A stretch of DNA of 30,396 bases from a virus (Duplodnaviria > Caudoviricetes). Of this stretch, positions 19,115 through 27,110 are shown one piece after another. A program made the translations under genes and the position numbers. Position 1 is the first letter of the stretch. Each line of letters begins with the position of its first letter. Under the pieces are notes generated by a model. The model was not told the origin of the DNA. It saw only the letters and a list, made by a program, of their open reading frames with translations, and did no database searches. The stretch spans positions 1 to 30,396 of the IMG/VR virus record IMGVR_UViG_3300048577_000466; one strand, written 5' to 3'.

Positions 19115-19360
19115 TCAGATTGACGTGTCTAAAATGCTTGATACGCCGTGCTTTAGCAAATGCATTTTAAGTGCGGCCACGGCTTCGCTCTTGAGTTTGT
19201 AAAACTTGTCCGACGTTAGGCGATGCGTTTTCTGATATGCTAATTGCGACATCCCATCAAGATGCATGACCGATGCAAGTAGATCATAATGGAATGGTTG
19301 CTCATTCTTGAATGTTGCGAACAGGTGCTCGATATAAGATTCTTTTGTGCCAATGAACAT
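19115..19360 (-). CDS. Small protein resembling a sigma region-4 / ArpU-like HTH
   Basis: MHLDGMSQLAYQKTHRLTSDKFYKLKSEAVAALKMHL resembles the sigma4 pattern; judged by eye only. Confidence 0.5.
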   Translation of the reverse strand: MFIGTKESYIEHLFATFKNEQPFHYDLLASVMHLDGMSQLAYQKTHRLTSDKFYKLKSEAVAALKMHLLKHGVSSILDTSI

Positions 19361-19368
19361 ATCGACAT

Positions 19369-19626
19369 TTAGCCGACGTCAACGCAGGCAATCGTCACAG
19401 AGCGCTCAACGATCTGACCCGAACCACAAGTCATGAGCACTGTCAGCGTATACGTTGTGCCTGCCGTGAGACCCGAGACCAAGCACGTTGCAGCATCGGC
19501 ACTGGTGTCCTGTGTGGTCACCGTGGCTGATGGCGTGATGGTCCATGTGGCAGTCGTGATGGTGTCGCCTGCGATGGTCTGGCGGTATGCGAGTTTTTCT
19601 GTTTCGGCTTGTTCGAAATAATTCAT
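19369..19626 (-). CDS. Small Ig-like fibre adaptor protein
   Basis: 85 aa, Thr-rich beta pattern GDTITTATW...VSG...G.TY.LT...T.G...ERS. Confidence 0.65.
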   Translation of the reverse strand: MNYFEQAETEKLAYRQTIAGDTITTATWTITPSATVTTQDTSADAATCLVSGLTAGTTYTLTVLMTCGSGQIVERSVTIACVDVG

Positions 19627-19635
19627 GTGTGTTCC

Positions 19636-22260
19636 TCAGTCCCGGCTGACGGGTCTTGTATTGGTGATGGTTCGTGATACCGTCTTGGGCGCACCGATGA
19701 CAGGTGACAGCGTGCGGACTCTGCTGATGACCTGGATACCAGCCAACGAGCCAACGAGCGTACCTTGCCCTGTCAGAGCCCCTGCAAGGTGCTTTCTCGT
19801 GATGAGCGTCCCTGTCATGCCAGATGTGGCTTGCAACGCACCTGAGAGCAACTGACGACGCACCAGGGCACCACTCATCGAGCCTGTGCCACTGAGAGCA
19901 CCTTCAATGCGAATGACAGTCGTGCCAGCGCCATACAGGGCACCAGTCAACGTGCCTGCGCCCGTCAATCCACCGCTGAGCAAGATGCGCTTGCCGAGTG
20001 TGCCAGCCAAGGTGCCAGAACCAGACAGATTTGCCGCCAACAGCGCACGTCTCGTGATGGTGCCAGATAGCGTGCCTGTGCCCGTCAGTGCGCCACTGAG
20101 CAAGATGCGCTTGTTGAGAGCACCAGCCAGAGTGCCAGAGCCAGACAGATTTGCCGCCAGGAGTGCTCTGCGTCCCAGAGAGCCCGACATTGATCCACTG
20201 CCGTACAGGGCACCTGCAATCGTGATGTTGGTCGCCGGATCACTCCACAGCCAGCCTGTGTTGCCGCCGCCGTCCGTCGAGTGCGACCCGGCGTACCAAG
20301 TGGCGGTGCCTGCGGCAGTGATGTCCTGGAGGTACAGGTAGTCCTCTGCGATCTGCGATGCCGACGACGTCAGTGTTGCTGGAGATCCAAAGGACGTGGC
20401 CAAGAGTGTTGCCAAGTTGCCAGCACTGCCATTGCTGGTCATTGCGTTGATTGTTGTGGTTTGAGAGGACGTCAGCTTCAGACCATTGGGGAGACCAGCA
20501 TTGTTGACCGCAAGAGTGCCAATTGTGCAAGTGCCAGCGTTGTTGTACGTGATGTTGTCACCCGCAAAAGTAACTGTGGCGTACGTCTTGGTTCCCGAGC
20601 TTGTAAAGGACTTGGCAATGGATGTTGTGTTCGAGACGACAACGTTAGAAGTTCCAGCATTCAAAGTGCCGTTTGCTTGTGCGTTCCACACTGCACCAGT
20701 TCCAGATAGTGTTACTGTACTTGTGCCCAAATTACAGAATGCCAAAGCACTCGAATTTAGAGTGAACGCTGTCAATACCGTCACGCTGTAGTCATTGGTC
20801 GTCAAGGTGCCAGCATTCACGTTGAGGCTTCGACCACACGACAACGCATCTTGCAGCGTCAGCGTGCCACCAGGAGCATTTACAGTGACAGTCGGAGAGA
20901 TTTGCAATCCCGCTGTTGTCAATGTGTAAGAACCACGACCAGAGAATTGTACGACTGTGTTGATATTCGCAATCGACATTGTTGGCACGAGTGTCAAAGA
21001 ACCATTAACAGTCGAGATAATGCCCGACGTAAAAGTAAGTGCAGGCGTTCCAGTCGTACCCGTAAAGTCAACATTTGCGCCCATGCGTGGCACATCGACA
21101 GTGATCACTCGTCCTGCTGGTGTGAATGCAGATGCGACGACAACATTGTCTTGAGGCAATGGCATGCGTGACGTCCAAGCATTTGCTGACCAACTTCCAG
21201 ATGCTGTGCCCGACCACGTTTGTGTTGCAGGCGTGGTGAATGTGATATTGCTGTTGCCGGATGCGTCTCCGCAAAACCCAGTGATCGCAGATGCATTGTA
21301 AGCTTCGGTCAATGCAATATCTTGCAAGTCAACATTGGACCACGCAATAGTAGCGCCATCATTGATAATCGTGCGTTGTGTGCCAGCAACACTGCTCGAA
21401 ACAAACAATCGATTGACAACAGAATTGCCAGCAAACGTCAATGTACCAGAGACCATAACGTCACCAGCAAATGCGATGCCGTCTGTCTTGACTGCGGTTC
21501 CAGTGCGTGTAAGATTTGCAAATACAGAATTCGCAGCGGTAAAGGTGGATACACCACTACCGTTAATAACGACGCTGAGACCGCCAAAATCCTTTGATGG
21601 ACCAAAGTTGACGTTAGCGGCAGCACCAGTACAAGTCACAGTTGCTGTGTTTGTACTTACGGTCAGATTGAAGTTGGCCGAAGTAGCCCACGGAGATGTG
21701 CCTGACAACGTGATTGCGGACGAGCCCAATGTCAGCGTACGGACATTCGAGTTGTTTGAAGAGAACGCAGTAGCTGTGATTGATTTGCCGTTGGTGTCAA
21801 ATGCACCATATGTCAACGTGATCGTCGATCCAGTTGCCGTTAGATTGTCTTGCAGTTGCCAACTTCCACCAACACCAGAAAAGGTGATATTGCCGAGAGT
21901 CTTGCCAGCAGTCGTGATGGTCTTGCCAGTACTCGTCGAATTGAATGTGATTGCTGACGTTGCTGCATTGCCCAAGCTATACGTCATGCCAGACGCCAGC
22001 GTAAGACTGCCGCTGACGGTCAGAGTGGTAGCTGTCGGATGGCTCAGCGTCCCTGTAAAGCCAGTACAGGTCAGATCACGACACACCGAGGAAGAGCTTA
22101 GGGTGACGGTGCCAGAGCCCGATGAGCCGTTAAAGAACACGTCATCAGCCGCTGTAGGAACAGACGCACCTCCAGCGCCACCACTTGTAGCGCTCCATTT
22201 GGAGCCTGCTGTAGCGTCCCAGGTGCCGCCTCCTGTAGAAACCCAATAACGATTTGCCAT
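19636..22260 (-). CDS. Virion fibre/adhesin protein with beta-helical repeats
   Basis: MANRYWV.GG.W...WS..SGG.GGASVP.A.DDV.F N-terminus, Gly/Thr/Ser-rich repeats, C-terminal 20-aa repeats. Confidence 0.75.
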   Translation of the reverse strand: MANRYWVSTGGGTWDATAGSKWSATSGGAGGASVPTAADDVFFNGSSGSGTVTLSSSSVCRDLTCTGFTGTLSHPTATTLTVSGSLTLASGMTYSLGNAATSAITFNSTSTGKTITTAGKTLGNITFSGVGGSWQLQDNLTATGSTITLTYGAFDTNGKSITATAFSSNNSNVRTLTLGSSAITLSGTSPWATSANFNLTVSTNTATVTCTGAAANVNFGPSKDFGGLSVVINGSGVSTFTAANSVFANLTRTGTAVKTDGIAFAGDVMVSGTLTFAGNSVVNRLFVSSSVAGTQRTIINDGATIAWSNVDLQDIALTEAYNASAITGFCGDASGNSNITFTTPATQTWSGTASGSWSANAWTSRMPLPQDNVVVASAFTPAGRVITVDVPRMGANVDFTGTTGTPALTFTSGIISTVNGSLTLVPTMSIANINTVVQFSGRGSYTLTTAGLQISPTVTVNAPGGTLTLQDALSCGRSLNVNAGTLTTNDYSVTVLTAFTLNSSALAFCNLGTSTVTLSGTGAVWNAQANGTLNAGTSNVVVSNTTSIAKSFTSSGTKTYATVTFAGDNITYNNAGTCTIGTLAVNNAGLPNGLKLTSSQTTTINAMTSNGSAGNLATLLATSFGSPATLTSSASQIAEDYLYLQDITAAGTATWYAGSHSTDGGGNTGWLWSDPATNITIAGALYGSGSMSGSLGRRALLAANLSGSGTLAGALNKRILLSGALTGTGTLSGTITRRALLAANLSGSGTLAGTLGKRILLSGGLTGAGTLTGALYGAGTTVIRIEGALSGTGSMSGALVRRQLLSGALQATSGMTGTLITRKHLAGALTGQGTLVGSLAGIQVISRVRTLSPVIGAPKTVSRTITNTRPVSRD
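19951..20170. repeat. Intragenic tandem repeat, 120-bp period
   Basis: 19951-20050 closely matches 20071-20170 (CTGAGCAAGATGCGCTTG and CCAGACAGATTTGCCGCCA occur in both). Confidence 0.85.
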
Positions 22261-22261
22261 A

Positions 22262-22435
22262 TTATCCGATCCGACCCGTCACGACGCCTTTGCTGTCGAT
22301 TGCTAATACCAAGGGAAATGACCTATGACCATCGTCGATCTGCATCGTGATGGTTGCTCCGATGACATCACCAGAGTCCGAATAGACGTAGGCTGTGGTC
22401 ACACTATCCCTGCGTAGCGTTATTGTTCGTGTCAT
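22262..22435 (-). CDS. Hypothetical 57-aa protein, absent from the ORF track
   Basis: MTRTITLRRD...VVTGRIG*; TAATG overlap with the upstream gene; ends 1 nt before the next ATG. Confidence 0.7.
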   Translation of the reverse strand: MTRTITLRRDSVTTAYVYSDSGDVIGATITMQIDDGHRSFPLVLAIDSKGVVTGRIG

Positions 22436-22614
22436 TACTCAACCTCAGTAGCCGTCGCTTGATCTGCGACCATTGCCGCCCAGGCGTCATAACGTGCTTG
22501 CTTGTCCGTCTCGATTCGCTCAGGCGTCAATGACGACCACTCTTCAAGGGTGTAGTAGAGGGCGTCAGCGTAATTGCCCATGCTGAATCGGACCTGAATG
22601 AGGATCGTGTCCAT
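22435..22614 (-). CDS. Hypothetical 59-aa protein, absent from the ORF track
   Basis: MDTILIQVRF...ATEVE*; GGAG RBS; fills the gap in the operon. Confidence 0.75.
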   Translation of the reverse strand: MDTILIQVRFSMGNYADALYYTLEEWSSLTPERIETDKQARYDAWAAMVADQATATEVE

Positions 22615-22625
22615 GCAGGCTCCAG

Positions 22626-22985
22626 TTAGTCAACCGTGATTGTGAATGTGCCCGACGTGATCTCTGCTGTGTCTGCTGTGCCGCCTGCGCTGTAGGTCTT
22701 GCTGGCGCTGGCCGGACCACTCCACAAGAAGTTGCCGCCAGAAGCTGCGTCCCACACGCCGAAGTGCGTAACAGTGCAAGCTGGCATTCCGGTGAATAGT
22801 ACTGTCGTCGATAATGTGACGACTCCATTTGTTGGTCCGGAAAAGGTCCATGATTTGCGGCTGTATGTGCCGCCTGTGACTTCGGACGTTCCTGTTTCGC
22901 CAGGATCTGCGGTGTGAAGGGACAGGTAAGATCCGGTAAGGTTGTCGGTGAGGATTTTGTTTTCGAGATAGTTTGAGATACTCAT
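22626..22985 (-). CDS. Small virion fibre-associated protein
   Basis: SNYLENKIL...YLSLHTADPGE.G..EV.GG.Y.R...THFG.WDAASGGNFL, a pattern common in phage structural modules. Confidence 0.8.
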   Translation of the reverse strand: MSISNYLENKILTDNLTGSYLSLHTADPGETGTSEVTGGTYSRKSWTFSGPTNGVVTLSTTVLFTGMPACTVTHFGVWDAASGGNFLWSGPASASKTYSAGGTADTAEITSGTFTITVD

Positions 22986-23005
22986 AGTGCGTGATGCCTA
23001 TGAGT

Positions 23006-23012
23006 TATTTAT
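23006..23012 (-). promoter_or_regulatory. ATAAATA late-promoter-like box, first of a family (others at 19094, 18479, 17948, 15982, 14746, 11489, 10601, 9481, 6817, 956)
   Basis: Recurrent coding-strand motif near late gene starts; matches the core of the T4 late promoter TATAAATA. Confidence 0.75.
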
Positions 23013-23020
23013 GTGTGAGC

Positions 23021-23044
23021 AGAAGGCGGCAATGTTGTGCCGCC
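23021..23044 (-). terminator. Hairpin upstream of the first late box
   Basis: GGCGGCA/TGCCGCC stem followed by TTCT; weak U tract. Confidence 0.5.
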
Positions 23045-23084
23045 ATCAACATTACATTATGGTGACATCAGAATAATAATGGTG

Positions 23085-23166
23085 TAGCAATACCCGAAGG
23101 GCCGAAGGCTCAAATGTTAGAAGTTATAGAGATCTTATGCAGTGCTTCGCACCCTTCGGATTACTA
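23085..23166. repeat. Two-fold symmetric element with four GAA mini-hairpins; candidate origin
   Basis: CCCGAAGGG and GCCGAAGGC on +; GTGCGAAGCAC and TCCGAAGGG on -; AT-rich spacer and flanks. Confidence 0.55.
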
Positions 23167-23224
23167 TAATATAATACCTGACAGGGTTTTTGAATGGTAG
23201 CGAGTACTGCTACCACTCGATCAC

Positions 23225-23593
23225 ATGGTCTGACATGGGAATCGCCGGGACTTGATCTTAGCGCCCGAAGCATAGACTTGTTACTGGTAACCCACCCGAA
23301 GGCCAATCCCGCTCTTCAGCGCCCGTTCTTCGTCTCCACGTTACTTGGGTTGGTCTTAGTCTGACTAAGACCTTTTAGGACCGTGGCAGAATTGCTCTGC
23401 TATCCACGGTGGCTGTAGGTACTGCTATTCGCAGCTATCGGCATCGTTACCCACCTTTCGTCTGGGAGGAGTACATGCCGGGCGGATTTCTCCGCCAATC
23501 TGCCAAGCGGCTTAATATGCGCCCTCTTGGACTTTGTGCCCGACTCACTATCCATGGCTCAGTGATACCTTCACCGAACCGGAATCAGATCAC
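23225..23593 (-). ncRNA. Putative ~370-nt structured non-coding RNA of unknown family
   Basis: Many nested stems, GAAA tetraloops, G-U pairs that work only on the minus strand, pairing between 5' and 3' ends, no credible ORF. Confidence 0.65.
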
Positions 23594-24164
23594 AACAATA
23601 TATAGACACGGACATTTGGACGGCGACGACCAAAATGGCTTCCGACCACAAGGGGTTGTGTATATCAGTGATAGACCCTATATTTTGTGTTCAGAAAAGT
23701 GAAAGAATTCTCTCGTGCATTTGTGCGAGGGTTGGTTTGTGTTGCATATGGGACTCATTGTTGCACGGATTCTTGGTTTGTCAAATGCCCTGTGCGTGTG
23801 CGAATGATGTATCTAAATTCCGGTGACGCAAGTATGCACGTCGTGCGGTTCGGCGGGCAAAGAAGGCCCAAGACGCTGGCGAAGCGTTGCAGTTGCGCCG
23901 AAAGAGAATGACGAATGCCACAGGACATGCGATTGATGTGCCCACGACGGCGCAAGGCCAATCGGACTGTGCAGCGTAGCAGTGAGATTGTTTATACGGC
24001 CCTCCCAGATCGGCGGCGTAGTGCTGGTATAAGGCGAATTGATGGAGTCCGTATCGCTATAAGCTGGATTTATGCTGATAGCTTCTCCGGACACTCCCGG
24101 AAGTCATGATCAGCTTGGTTACTCCGCTGCGCCACGTACTACGTTATACTCCATCGGAGATGCC

Positions 24165-25049
24165 ATGCTGTTAGATGTCGCAGAAACGATTCAGAAGTTT
24201 GTCAATTCTCCTCCTGGTCAGTTGCTTGCTGGTGGTGTGATTGCTGGATTGGTCTGGAAATGTTTTGAGCGGGTGGAGGTGGTTTTGACGGATGACACGA
24301 AGTTGGAGATTGCGGTTTGGTTAGTTGGAGCGAAGCCACTCGGTCCAAAGATGGAGCCTTGGCCTGATACGATTATTCGGTTATTTGATGTAGTGTTTGG
24401 CCGTAAGCATCTGTCACTGCAATGCTTTCTTCGCTCATTTATGGTGTCATTTGTTCTCTCCGTTGCTATCTGGATCCATGATATTGTTAGGGATGGTTAT
24501 GTAGCAAAAGTGAGAAGCGTGTGGTACGTAACGTATATTATTAGTGCAATTGTATTGGCAAGTGCCTTGCCGGATTACGCTTCACTTTGCAAGACGAGAT
24601 GGACGCTAACGAGAATGGCCAGAACAAAAGTGAGGAGTGTCAGGTGGGGGGTAATACTAATGGATGCAGCACTAACGGCTATGATATCTATGTGTGGCTT
24701 GGTGCTCATTACATTGTTCTTGAGTGTGGTTCTATTACGCAAAGCGGTCGTATTGTCCGATGTTGCCGATATGGTGACGTTCTATTGGTTTGAAATTGTT
24801 GATGGTGTTCCCAATATTGCGGTGAATACGTTCTATGCGGCGTTTGTAAGCTCCCTCTGGATATGGCTGTATGCGGGGGCGGGCTTCCTTCTCAAAGCGG
24901 CCCGCCGTTTTGATATAGGCTTCCAGTGGTTCAATAGGCACTTTGACATCGAGAAGAAGCCCCTACAATCCATCGGTTTGGTGTCTGGTGTTTTGGTGGC
25001 GTTTGTGTACTGGGCGGTGGTAGGGGGATTGTTTCTTGCGCAGCATTAA
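24165..25049 (+). CDS. Multi-pass membrane protein (moron)
   Basis: About six hydrophobic segments; TATACT -10-like box (24145-24150) and GGAG RBS favour ATG 24165. Confidence 0.8.
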   Translation: MLLDVAETIQKFVNSPPGQLLAGGVIAGLVWKCFERVEVVLTDDTKLEIAVWLVGAKPLGPKMEPWPDTIIRLFDVVFGRKHLSLQCFLRSFMVSFVLSVAIWIHDIVRDGYVAKVRSVWYVTYIISAIVLASALPDYASLCKTRWTLTRMARTKVRSVRWGVILMDAALTAMISMCGLVLITLFLSVVLLRKAVVLSDVADMVTFYWFEIVDGVPNIAVNTFYAAFVSSLWIWLYAGAGFLLKAARRFDIGFQWFNRHFDIEKKPLQSIGLVSGVLVAFVYWAVVGGLFLAQH

Positions 25050-25100
25050 CGACTCAGTCAGTATGTGCTTCAGGCGTTTAAGCGGTTCTACATGGACAGA

Positions 25101-25823
25101 TCAAACTTTACCGCAATCAGAAAAGCGAAGTGTTATATCGTCATTGCGCAAGTCCATAATGCAAATGGAATAGTATGATAGATTGTCTGCGCTTGAATAC
25201 TGTAGTCGTACTTGGATTGCGGAATTGCGAAATAGAGGCAAGAGGTTGTGCCGTAAAGTTGCCCGCTTGTCTGTAGGTGACATGGAAGAGCCAGGAGTCC
25301 GGAGATCCAGCATTGCGCCAGCGGAAATGCGACTTGCGAGAAAGTCTGGCCCGCTAAGTGTAAGCGAGTGTTCGTCTTGTTGTATTGGTAAGGCAACGAT
25401 ATTAAGCGCAGGTCCATTTCCAATGTTGTCGTAATGTAGGCGGTCGCTCAGAAAGGAAATGATGACAAGGGGACGATTGGCATTGTCGGTTTGTCGTCGT
25501 AACTCCTCCAGTTGTTTGGCGGCTGCGTCAACTTGTGCTTGTGAGATCGTGATTTGTTCAAGTGCTGTTGCGGCCTGTGTCTCTGCGGCCTTCGTTTGTG
25601 CATTTGCTGCCGCAACCTGCTTGAGTGAAACCTTGATCTGCTCTTCAGCAGTCCTGCGAAGGTTGTATGTCTCAATGGTGTACACAATTAAGACGATGAG
25701 AGTTGCTATAACCGAGATTATGCTGATGTAGTCCCAGGCGCTTTTCTGCTGTGCCAGAGTGAGACGGTCAATTGCATTGATCAGTTGTGATGCGTCTGGG
25801 GCAATGAGAAGGGTCAGTGTCAC
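25101..25823 (-). CDS. Membrane-anchored coiled-coil protein, paralogue A
   Basis: TM helix, Ala/Gln coiled coil, NRP and NIGNGPALNI motifs. Confidence 0.8.
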   Translation of the reverse strand: MTLTLLIAPDASQLINAIDRLTLAQQKSAWDYISIISVIATLIVLIVYTIETYNLRRTAEEQIKVSLKQVAAANAQTKAAETQAATALEQITISQAQVDAAAKQLEELRRQTDNANRPLVIISFLSDRLHYDNIGNGPALNIVALPIQQDEHSLTLSGPDFLASRISAGAMLDLRTPGSSMSPTDKRATLRHNLLPLFRNSAIQVRLQYSSADNLSYYSICIMDLRNDDITLRFSDCGKV

Positions 25824-25824
25824 G

Positions 25825-26502
25825 TTAGCTTCCTTCTATCGGTTTGATCGGACTGACCCGATCAAAGGCTTGAAACTCAAAACGATGTGGGTTTGGAGGG
25901 TGGCACAGACGCATTGTGGTTTTGTATTCGGTTCTGTCTGGTGCAGCGTATGTAATGTCGAATTGGTTCAAGGTGGTTCGTTGTGGGAGATAGTAATCGC
26001 AGTAACCATCAAGAACCGAAGTTGTTTCAGCATGCACCTCGTGATGGTCTTCAATCCGCTTGAAGGCAATTTTAATCGGCACCTCCGCTTTGGCATCTAC
26101 CATATCTGGTGGACGTATCACCACTATTGGTGCTCCAAAGGGAAGTGATACCGCAATATTAAATGCGGGAGCGGTGCCAATATTGCGCATCACCAATAAG
26201 TCACGCAGGGTGTTTGTGCCCTCTGATGCAAGGGTGATAACTAAAATAGGTCTATTGGAAAATTCCGTTTGACGATGTGATTCGGTCAATTGGAGTTGTG
26301 ATGTGGTTAGCTGCGACTGTGCCACTTTGCGAAGGTTGCGGGTTTCGACTGTGTACCAAATGAGAGCCCCTAAAGTAACCAGACCTACACTGATGCTGAT
26401 GTAGTCCCAGGTGCCTTTCTGTTGGGCCAATGTGAGGCGGTCAATGGCCTTCTCGATGGCGGCAGGATCGGGTGCGAGTAGGGTAAGTAGGTGCATGGCC
26501 AT
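25825..26502 (-). CDS. Membrane-anchored coiled-coil protein, paralogue B
   Basis: Same N-terminus as paralogue A, NRP and NIGTAPAFNI motifs; start moved to 26502 to avoid overlap with the upstream gene. Confidence 0.8.
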   Translation of the reverse strand: MAMHLLTLLAPDPAAIEKAIDRLTLAQQKGTWDYISISVGLVTLGALIWYTVETRNLRKVAQSQLTTSQLQLTESHRQTEFSNRPILVITLASEGTNTLRDLLVMRNIGTAPAFNIAVSLPFGAPIVVIRPPDMVDAKAEVPIKIAFKRIEDHHEVHAETTSVLDGYCDYYLPQRTTLNQFDITYAAPDRTEYKTTMRLCHPPNPHRFEFQAFDRVSPIKPIEGS

Positions 26503-26510
26503 AGGTGGTG

Positions 26511-27104
26511 TTAAGAAATGCCAAGCTCCGTACGAACGGCCTTGACAAATGTTGCGAGAGACGATCTTAGCAGGGCTATGGCTGCAAGCTGTTCTTCTGC
26601 GCCAAGATTCGGTTGGATTGCCCCCTTGAGTGCTGCTGGTATTGAATCCAGGGCCTGCATGCACGTATCCGACAGGACAAGCGAGGCGAGCGCTTTGTGT
26701 TGTGAGAATTGCGCTGACAAGCGTAGAAATTCTGCTCGTTGTTCGGCATCGTGTGACCGTACTCCTGGCGTGCGAATCCTAAGTTGATCAGCTACTTGCA
26801 TGAGTGGAATAAGGATTTCTTTACGTGTCTCTTGCCGCCATTGCCATCGAAGCTTATCCATGTCATGGCTTCTATTGGCGGCATTTTCCCGGCGAGTATT
26901 TCCACTCGTGAGCCAGACACCAAATAGAGTGATGCAGCTACCGACTAATGCGCCTACACTGCCTTGAAGGATGATAACTGCCCATTGTGGTAAGCCGCCC
27001 TGAGTTGGCAATTCGACCTTCACAACCATGTCTGGTGGCGTTGCTTGCAGGGATAAGGCAAATGTGATCACTGCGGCTGGAAGGATGGCGAGTAGTTGCC
27101 TCAT
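26511..27104 (-). CDS. Membrane-anchored hypothetical protein
   Basis: Signal-like N-terminus, TM helix, charged helical region. Confidence 0.75.
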   Translation of the reverse strand: MRQLLAILPAAVITFALSLQATPPDMVVKVELPTQGGLPQWAVIILQGSVGALVGSCITLFGVWLTSGNTRRENAANRSHDMDKLRWQWRQETRKEILIPLMQVADQLRIRTPGVRSHDAEQRAEFLRLSAQFSQHKALASLVLSDTCMQALDSIPAALKGAIQPNLGAEEQLAAIALLRSSLATFVKAVRTELGIS

Positions 27105-27110
27105 ACTGCC

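Noticed and set aside
19951-20170. Repeat pair as a diversity-generating retroelement TR/VR
   Set aside because: In-frame tandem coding repeat, differences not confined to adenines, no reverse transcriptase in the window
23085-23310. Recurring CCGAAG motifs as a CRISPR array or UUCG tetraloop set
   Set aside because: No constant repeat-spacer period; the four clustered copies pair better as GAA triloops than as C(UUCG)G
23225-23593. Group I/II intron, hammerhead, tmRNA or RNase P identity
   Set aside because: I could not find the diagnostic conserved motifs by eye and no gene is interrupted; a covariance model search is needed
23124-24109. Short ORFs in the non-coding region
   Set aside because: Mutually overlapping, atypical composition, no clear RBS; the RNA/origin reading explains 23085-23605 better, and 23700-24100 remains unexplained
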